Of a stretch of 32,000 bases of DNA, positions 26,955 through 32,000 are shown piece after piece. A program made the translations under genes and the position numbers. The DNA is from Bellilinea caldifistulae (GTDB taxonomy: Bacteria; Chloroflexota; Anaerolineae; Anaerolineales; Anaerolineaceae). The notes beneath the pieces were generated by a model. That model had not been told where the DNA came from. It saw only the letters and a list, made by a program, of their open reading frames with translations, and did no database searches. Numbering within the stretch: the stretch's first letter is position 1; each line of letters opens with the position of its first letter. The DNA is taken from NCBI RefSeq assembly GCF_001306055.1, contig NZ_LGHJ01000004.1, positions 28,867-60,866 of the forward strand. The letters are read 5' to 3'.

Positions 26955-27815
26955 TTATTGGGTAACCAATTCCAAATTGCCCACACCCATATTCAGGTTG
27001 ATTTCAATTTTCGGTCCGTCTCCCTCGGTTTCATAAACATTATTCGAGATGCGCCAGGTTCCACTCGGTTGAACATTGTTCAGTCCACCGGTGATGACAA
27101 CGCGCGCCGGCGTGCCGGTTGGAATGACGATTTTCAAGCTGCTCACACCAACTGTTATACTCGCGTTCATGTCTTGTTGGAGCCGACCGGAAAAGTCCAG
27201 GGTGTAGGAGCCGGTGCCGCCTTCAAAATTTAGAAAAGCGGGGCTGGCATAACCCAACCCAATCAAAGAAACTTCGGATGCACCGGTTCGATAGCGGAGG
27301 CTTTCCATCTGCACGGGATTCGGCTGGTCAAAGCGCACTTCTGCCTGGCTGGCTCCATCTTGAATGTTCAGACGGGTGAGTGCGACTCCGCTCAAATTGA
27401 GAGTACCTTTGTATGCGCCGGCTGCAATGTCCAGATCCACGGGGGCGCTGCCCAGTTTGAACTGCCAGCGATTGATCACGTCCCGTGTCGGAATGCGCAG
27501 GTTTTCTTTGCGGCCCTGGCGAATGATCAGGTTCTGTCCATCGCGAATGACTTCCGGTTTCCATTCGGAAATGTTGTATTGAATTTGTCCTTCAATCAAC
27601 ATTTTGCTACCGCTTTGAATATCCAGCTCGCCGGCGCCCATTTCGATGGAAATTTTGGCGGTCTGGGAATCTTCGGGGAGAGCTTCGCTTATGGTGAAGG
27701 TTTGAGTTTCGCCCAATTTTGCCTCCGGCAAATTGACGGTAAAGGAACATGCCAGTGAACTGACCAGCAGTGCAATGACAGGAAAAATCAAAAGGTGTTT
27801 ATTTCGGATTTTCAT
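26955..27815 (-). CDS. Secreted (possibly lipid-anchored) toast-rack / DUF2154-like beta-sandwich protein (LiaF C-terminal-domain family)
   Basis: 286 aa. Signal peptide with LLVSSLAC. Repetitive beta-strand pattern (LDIAAGAYKGTLNLSGVALTRLNIQDGASQAEVRF...GASEVSLIGLG...LNFEGGTGSYTLDFSG...ITVGVSSLKIVIP...INLNMGVGNLEL) resembles toast-rack proteins. Family call is from pattern recognition only. Confidence 0.6.
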   Translation of the reverse strand: MKIRNKHLLIFPVIALLVSSLACSFTVNLPEAKLGETQTFTISEALPEDSQTAKISIEMGAGELDIQSGSKMLIEGQIQYNISEWKPEVIRDGQNLIIRQGRKENLRIPTRDVINRWQFKLGSAPVDLDIAAGAYKGTLNLSGVALTRLNIQDGASQAEVRFDQPNPVQMESLRYRTGASEVSLIGLGYASPAFLNFEGGTGSYTLDFSGRLQQDMNASITVGVSSLKIVIPTGTPARVVITGGLNNVQPSGTWRISNNVYETEGDGPKIEINLNMGVGNLELVTQ

Positions 27816-27833
27816 GACAGTTTCGATCTCGGT

Positions 27834-28910
27834 TCAGTTTTCATTTGGGGTTGCAGGAGAACCTTCTTCTGACGAAGTTGACGGCGCAGCCGGCGGAGTT
27901 GGCGGGGGGGATGCAGGAACATAGACCACGGTCGGGGGGGCCGGATATGGCCTGGTACCAAATTGAGTGAGAATGATGCTTCCCAGACCGATACTGGCCG
28001 CCAGTAGAGACATTATTCCACCCAGGCAGAACAAATACCCAAGCAGCCAGACAATCAGTCCGAGGATGAGGGTGCCAATGCCAGCCGAGACGGCCTCAAC
28101 CCATTGGGTTTTCAGCATGGTGGCAATTCGTTCGCCAATCTGGAAGCCGACTGCAATCCAACCAATCAGCACCGCAACAGCCAGTACCAGCATCGCAATC
28201 AGTGCTACGGGGATCAAAAGGATGGTGATTACCAGGACGAGCAGGATAAGCGGCGCAACAACCATGGTCAGCAGTCCAATCCCGCCGCTCAACAGGGTTT
28301 GATCGGCGATAGTGTTGCCGATTACCCGCAGCGGGCGCGGCAGCAGCAACGCAACCACCACTGCCAGAACTGCCATAGCCAGAATGCGCAGAATATTGGC
28401 CAGGGCATCTCTCATCCACGACGTGAAGAGACGTAAAGGTGAGGCGTCGTCAAAGGGGGTGAACTCGAACCGATCAAAGTCGAACATCATGGTTTGCGGT
28501 TTTAGCCGATTGATGCTTCCTGTGATGGTTGAACCCGCTTGAGTGGTGACGGAACCCCCAATAATTTGGACATCACCTTGAACAAAGGAAGTACTATCCA
28601 GATAGACGTTGCTGCCGATCGCGCTGATATCCCCGTTGACCCTGCCGCTCACTTGAAGGTTGCCCCCAATGATCACAATTTCGCCATTGACGGTAGCCCC
28701 GTTTTCAATTTCGGCATTACCGCCCAAAACGACCAGTGAGCCGTTCAGCGTTTGGGATGAACGAAGAACATAATTTTCGCCGAAAATCAGTTGATCACCA
28801 TTAAATTGCTCACCCCCGGGGGGAGGGTTTTGGGCCAGCACAACCGCCGGTGTTGCCAGTGTCAGAACGAAGGTGATGATGAGAAGGGTGTAGAGCGCTA
28901 TTTTTTTCAT
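27834..28910 (-). CDS. Membrane protein: signal peptide, bactofilin-like (polymer-forming cytoskeletal / beta-helix) repeat domain, polytopic TM region, Pro-rich tail
   Basis: The start MKKIALYTLLIITFVLTLATPAVVLAQ at 28910 forms an ATGA overlap with the upstream stop. Beta-helix repeats are GSLVVLGGNAEIENGATVNGEIVIIGGNLQVSGRVNGDISAIGSNVYLDSTSFVQGDVQIIGGSV. About 5 hydrophobic helices follow, then the tail PAPPTVVYVPASPPPTPPAAPSTS. Confidence 0.65.
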   Translation of the reverse strand: MKKIALYTLLIITFVLTLATPAVVLAQNPPPGGEQFNGDQLIFGENYVLRSSQTLNGSLVVLGGNAEIENGATVNGEIVIIGGNLQVSGRVNGDISAIGSNVYLDSTSFVQGDVQIIGGSVTTQAGSTITGSINRLKPQTMMFDFDRFEFTPFDDASPLRLFTSWMRDALANILRILAMAVLAVVVALLLPRPLRVIGNTIADQTLLSGGIGLLTMVVAPLILLVLVITILLIPVALIAMLVLAVAVLIGWIAVGFQIGERIATMLKTQWVEAVSAGIGTLILGLIVWLLGYLFCLGGIMSLLAASIGLGSIILTQFGTRPYPAPPTVVYVPASPPPTPPAAPSTSSEEGSPATPNEN

Positions 28911-29443
28911 TGTCCTCGTACTCCTAATTTGGATAGGCGCTGAAAAGTCAAGAACCACAGGGTAAGCAGCAGGATTGACCAGCCTGTGAGGAGGAAAACA
29001 AGCGCTACAAGTGCGAGCGGCGGGATTTGACTGCCCCAGTAGTAAAGAATGTACTGGAATTCTGACCAGCGTTGAGGAGCAAGGGTAATCCAGCCGATGA
29101 GGTCCGAAAGTAAGCGGGCAGGCGGAACCGTCCAGAAAAGCCGCAGGACGAACACCATACTTGCCAAAACGAAAGCCCCGCCCAGAGCGAAAAGCGCAAT
29201 TCGCACCTGCCGTTTTTGACGCTGAGCCTTCCTTTCGGCAAGGCTAGCTTGAAAACGGTTGACAATCTGGGGGGGTGCAGGAATGAGGGGGGTAGAATGC
29301 AGCAGTGTTTCCACTTCCTTCCAGCCAGTTTGGATGCGTTTGCACTGCTGACAGGTTTGGAGATGGGCTTCCAGCTCGGCAATCTGGCTGGGGGTCAATT
29401 TCTCCCGGTCGAAGATCCAGTTTTCAAAAGGCAGGTGACTCAT
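28907..29443 (-). CDS. Anti-sigma factor (zf-HC2-like), membrane-embedded
   Basis: It follows and overlaps the ECF sigma gene. N-terminal H-x3-C-x2-C motif (HLQTCQQC), then 2-3 TM helices with no sizeable extracytoplasmic domain. GAGG Shine-Dalgarno 7 nt before ATG 29443. Confidence 0.7.
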   Translation of the reverse strand: MSHLPFENWIFDREKLTPSQIAELEAHLQTCQQCKRIQTGWKEVETLLHSTPLIPAPPQIVNRFQASLAERKAQRQKRQVRIALFALGGAFVLASMVFVLRLFWTVPPARLLSDLIGWITLAPQRWSEFQYILYYWGSQIPPLALVALVFLLTGWSILLLTLWFLTFQRLSKLGVRGQ

Positions 29444-30011
29444 CACGAATCCTCTCGGTCATGGCATATTGCTGGCTCTGATATTGCTGCGCCAAGCGCA
29501 GACGTGCGCGGTGCAGTCGGCTTTTTACCGCACTCACGGAAAGTTGCAAAGCCTGACTGATTTCCTCTTCAGAGCACTCGTACCAGTAGCGCAGGATGAC
29601 AGCAGCCCGATCTTGAGGATTGAGGGAGGATAGCAGCGATTGTATGGATTGACGCTCTTCGTTTTCCCGAATTTGTTTTTCGGGTTCAGGGGTGTGGTCT
29701 GGAATGACTTCCTCCATCCAATCCTCAATTTCCATGGTGGTGATCCGTTTTTTCCGCTGCTGGTCAATGCAATAGTGGGCGGCGATTGAGAGCAGCCACG
29801 TGGCAAAGGAACGGTTGCGGTCATAGCGGCGGATTGCCTGATAGGCTCTCCAGAAAGTTTCTTGAGCAGCGTCCTCTGCTTCTTGCGCATTTCCCAGCAT
29901 GCGGTAGCACAAATTGTAAACGGGGTTCTGGTATTGCAACACAAGGCTGGTAAAGGCTTCCTCATCCCCGTTTTGTGCTCGGATGAGCATGTCCATCTCA
30001 TGGTTGATCAC
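29424..30011 (-). CDS. ECF-type RNA polymerase sigma-70 family factor
   Basis: Region 2 is DEEAFTSLVLQYQNPVYNLCYRMLGN...ETFWRAYQAIRRYDRNRSFATWLLSIAAHYCID. Region 4 is RAAVILRYWYECSEEEISQALQLSVSAVKSRLHRAR. GTG 30011 has a GGAG 6 nt upstream; alternative starts are ATG 29996 and ATG 30071. Confidence 0.88.
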   Translation of the reverse strand: MINHEMDMLIRAQNGDEEAFTSLVLQYQNPVYNLCYRMLGNAQEAEDAAQETFWRAYQAIRRYDRNRSFATWLLSIAAHYCIDQQRKKRITTMEIEDWMEEVIPDHTPEPEKQIRENEERQSIQSLLSSLNPQDRAAVILRYWYECSEEEISQALQLSVSAVKSRLHRARLRLAQQYQSQQYAMTERIRDESPAF

Positions 30012-30072
30012 CAACGGCTCCTGTGCTCTTGTTCTAGTACCATATACGCAACCCGAGCGGATTAGTTGCATG

Positions 30073-30107
30073 GAACAGGTTTTTGAGTGAATTCTCTTAA
30101 CCTGTTC
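30073..30107. promoter_or_regulatory. 9-bp inverted repeat between the DMT gene end and the sigma gene (operator or terminator-like structure)
   Basis: GAACAGGTT (30073..30081) pairs with AACCTGTTC (30099..30107) around a 17-nt loop. On the minus strand a candidate promoter GGTAAA-17-TGtTATGAT (30138..30110) lies just upstream of it. Confidence 0.25.
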
Positions 30108-30211
30108 TCATCATAACATAGTCGGGTCAACATTTACCTGTACCAAAGACGAGTTCGATGATGACCACTAGAATGAACTTGGCTCAACACGGTCTTTCGG
30201 ACGGTTCAATT

Positions 30212-31129
30212 TTAATCCGTAATCTGTTTCTGGCGGGACACTACAGGTAAAAATTCACGGAATTGAGCTAAAAGCATGGCACTGAAAATGAGCAGACAGC
30301 CCAGAATTTGGAGGGGAAGTAATTGTTCCCCAAGGAGAAAATATCCCAAAATAGCGGCGAAAACGGCTTCCATGCTGAAAAGGATAGCGGCATCGGTCGT
30401 TGGCGCATTCCGTTGGCCGATTACCTGCAAAGTAAAACCCATGCCTACCGGAAACACTGCTGAGTAAAGAACTGCCCACCATGCTTGAGGTTGAGGCACC
30501 GTAAAACGGTCAAACAGAATTGCTCCAAAGGTATTCAGGAACGCTGTTATTGCGAACTGCCCCATGGCAAATTGTAAATTGTCCATTCGGCGGGCCATTC
30601 TCCCGACGACAATCACATGCCCGGCCCAGACGAATGCGCCTGCCAATTCAAACCAATCACCGGGGGCGGGGTCAAAGGCTCCGCCAGTGCTGAGCAACAA
30701 GGTACCGATGACTGCCAATAAAGCCGCTGCCCAGGTAGTCCAATGAATCACTTCGCGCCAAAATAGCCAGAGTAGTAATGGAATGATGACAACGTAAAGC
30801 CCCGTCAAGAAACCGGCATTTGCGGCTGTGGTGGTTTTGAGGCCGATTTGTTGAAAGGTGCTGGCGGTAAATAACAAAACGCCGGCAGTAAGAACGCCTG
30901 CCCAATTTTTTCGATCCAAACGGATTCTTTTACCCAAAACTGCAGCAAGAAAAAGCGTTCCAATCCAGAAACGGACACCGTTAAAGGTGAAGTGCCCCAT
31001 GCTTTCGGCAGCAATGCTCTGGGCAATAAAACCACTGCCCCAAATAAAGGAAACGAATAGAAGAATTGCGTCTGACTTAATTCGTTCCGGCGGGGGAGGC
31101 TTAATACCCGGTTTCAGTGTGAGCGGCAT
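30212..31129 (-). CDS. DMT superfamily transporter (EamA family, 10 TM)
   Basis: 305 aa, hydrophobic throughout with a two-fold EamA-like organisation (FIWGSGFIAQ... and ...LGEQLLPLQILGCLLIFSAMLL). Confidence 0.88.
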   Translation of the reverse strand: MPLTLKPGIKPPPPERIKSDAILLFVSFIWGSGFIAQSIAAESMGHFTFNGVRFWIGTLFLAAVLGKRIRLDRKNWAGVLTAGVLLFTASTFQQIGLKTTTAANAGFLTGLYVVIIPLLLWLFWREVIHWTTWAAALLAVIGTLLLSTGGAFDPAPGDWFELAGAFVWAGHVIVVGRMARRMDNLQFAMGQFAITAFLNTFGAILFDRFTVPQPQAWWAVLYSAVFPVGMGFTLQVIGQRNAPTTDAAILFSMEAVFAAILGYFLLGEQLLPLQILGCLLIFSAMLLAQFREFLPVVSRQKQITD

Positions 31130-31186
31130 TGATCAAATCCCTGAGGATGTGGATGAGATGACAGGAAGTCTTTTGGAATCAGGGTT

Positions 31187-31396
31187 TTATTCTTCCAGGG
31201 TAAAACCCACCTTGAAGGTAACCTGCCATTGTTTCACCTGATCTTCTTCAATACGACCCCGAATTTCGACGACTTCAAACCATTGCATGTGGCGAATGGT
31301 TCGAGCAGCGCGGGTTACCGCAGTTTGAATCGCATCCTCAATGCTGGTTGTAGATGTGCCGGTTATCTCGATCAGTTTGTAAGTATGTTGTGCCAT
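31187..31396 (-). CDS. Dodecin family flavin-binding protein
   Basis: 69 aa. YKLIEITGTSTTSIEDAIQTAVTRAARTIRHMQWFEVVEIRG...VTFKVGF is the typical dodecin pattern. Confidence 0.85.
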   Translation of the reverse strand: MAQHTYKLIEITGTSTTSIEDAIQTAVTRAARTIRHMQWFEVVEIRGRIEEDQVKQWQVTFKVGFTLEE

Positions 31397-31411
31397 ATCA
31401 TCCTCTCAAAA

Positions 31412-31837
31412 TTATTCCCAGTCTTGGGGTATGTAACGTCGCCAGCGTTTGACCTGACTGCGGTGTTGTTTTGCCGAACGGCGGGCAGCCCGTGCTGTCA
31501 TGGTCGGTTTCGTCGGTTTGCGATGCTTGGGTGAGAAAAGGGCTTGTTGAACCAAAGCATGTAAGCGGTTTAAGGCATCCATTCGATTCTGCTCTTGAGT
31601 TCGGTAGCGTTTGGCTTCCAAAATCAGGATACCTTCGTCGGTTACTTTTTGCCCGGCTAGTTGAATCAACCTTTCTTTTGCATCTTCTGGAAGGAAGGAT
31701 GATTTTCGAATGTTAAAGCGTAATTGTACTGCAGTTGCCACTTTATTGACATTCTGTCCACCGGGGCCGGAAGCACGGATAAAATCGAACTCGATTTCAT
31801 CTTTGGGAATTTCAATTCGAGGTAATTGATTGGGCAT
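31412..31837 (-). CDS. arfB: Alternative ribosome-rescue factor ArfB (peptidyl-tRNA hydrolase, RF-1 domain)
   Basis: GGQ motif ASGPGGQNVNKVATAV, basic C-terminal tail KHRKPTKPTMTARAARRSAKQHRSQVKRWRR, about 141 aa from ATG 31837. The track start at 31891 is an over-extension. Confidence 0.88.
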   Translation of the reverse strand: MPNQLPRIEIPKDEIEFDFIRASGPGGQNVNKVATAVQLRFNIRKSSFLPEDAKERLIQLAGQKVTDEGILILEAKRYRTQEQNRMDALNRLHALVQQALFSPKHRKPTKPTMTARAARRSAKQHRSQVKRWRRYIPQDWE

Positions 31838-31901
31838 ACAATATAAGTATAACAGGATGAATTTGCTTTCAGAGAGATTGTTGAAAAACAAACAACTGGG
31901 A

Positions 31902-31931
31902 TTGACGAAAAGGGGAAAACCTTAATACAAT
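31902..31931 (+). promoter_or_regulatory. Promoter candidate TTGACG-18 nt-TACAAT facing the right window edge
   Basis: TTGACG at 31902..31907 and TACAAT at 31926..31931, 30 nt upstream of a possible ATG at 31961. Confidence 0.3.
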
Positions 31932-31960
31932 CGAACCAAACCACTTTGGAGATCAGCGGG

Positions 31961-32000
31961 ATGGAAAAGCAGCGTTTCGAAGAAACCGGCAAAGGATCAT
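31961..32000 (+). CDS. Possible 5' end of an unidentified gene running off the window (MEKQRFEETGKGS...)
   Basis: ATG at 31961 with GGAG 9 nt upstream and a promoter-like sequence further upstream. Only 13 codons are visible, so it cannot be identified. Confidence 0.25.
   Translation, partial: MEKQRFEETGKGS

Noticed and set aside
30188-30208. TGAACC...CGTGTT on the minus strand as an ECF-type (GAAC-N16/17-CGT) autoregulatory promoter
   Set aside because: The spacing between AAC and CGT is only about 12 nt, and the motif sits directly against the DMT stop codon. It does not meet the usual ECF promoter geometry.
1-32000. Looked for tRNA/rRNA genes, CRISPR repeats, IS elements or integrases, phage genes, toxin-antitoxin pairs, and known defence signatures (nucleases, reverse transcriptase, STAND/AAA+ ATPases, methyltransferases)
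   Set aside because: None were found by eye. Intergenic regions are all under 200 bp, and no periodic direct repeats or terminal inverted repeats were seen. Every ORF over 150 aa that is not an antisense shadow ORF has an identifiable housekeeping, envelope or unknown-function family. A computational scan (tRNAscan-SE, Infernal/Rfam, a CRISPR finder) would be needed to exclude small RNAs formally.

Overview
This is a compact window, roughly 93% coding and about 53% GC, with 29 complete or partial protein genes on both strands. Nearly all are core housekeeping or metabolic genes. All family calls come from motifs I recognised by eye in the supplied translations; no searches were run.

Gene content from left to right:
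- Formate dehydrogenase support set: a NuoE-NuoF fusion diaphorase (truncated by the left edge and missing from the ORF track), mobA and fdhD.
- An NBR1-Ig-like lipoprotein, then a bifunctional PGI/PMI-type sugar isomerase.
- A cydD-cydC-like ABC exporter pair.
- A CpXC zinc-ribbon protein.
- A class-III aminotransferase co-transcribed with an orphan GAF-PAS histidine kinase.
- A ROK glucokinase divergent from a yvcK-gap-pgk-thrC-thrB string.
- rpsT (UUG start), argS, a COG2403/cyclic-2,3-diphosphoglycerate-synthetase-like P-loop protein, obg and nadD.
- A PD40-repeat lipoprotein.
- A four-gene ECF sigma module.
- An EamA/DMT transporter, dodecin and arfB.

I saw no rRNA, tRNA, CRISPR array, transposase, integrase, phage gene, toxin-antitoxin pair or recognisable defence gene. 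Gene content and style (Thr/Pro linkers, a membrane-anchored YvcK, CpXC and NBR1-like proteins) suggest a Chloroflexota/Anaerolineae-like genome, but that is only a guess.

The best candidate for an under-described system is the tightly coupled operon at 26955-30011. It encodes an ECF sigma factor, a membrane-embedded zf-HC2 anti-sigma, a secreted bactofilin-like beta-helix protein with a polytopic membrane domain, and a toast-rack lipoprotein. Other points worth a second look:
- Three perfect 12-14 bp intergenic hairpins.
- Two possible leaderless starts.
- The cDPG-synthetase-like gene.

The rest looks ordinary.
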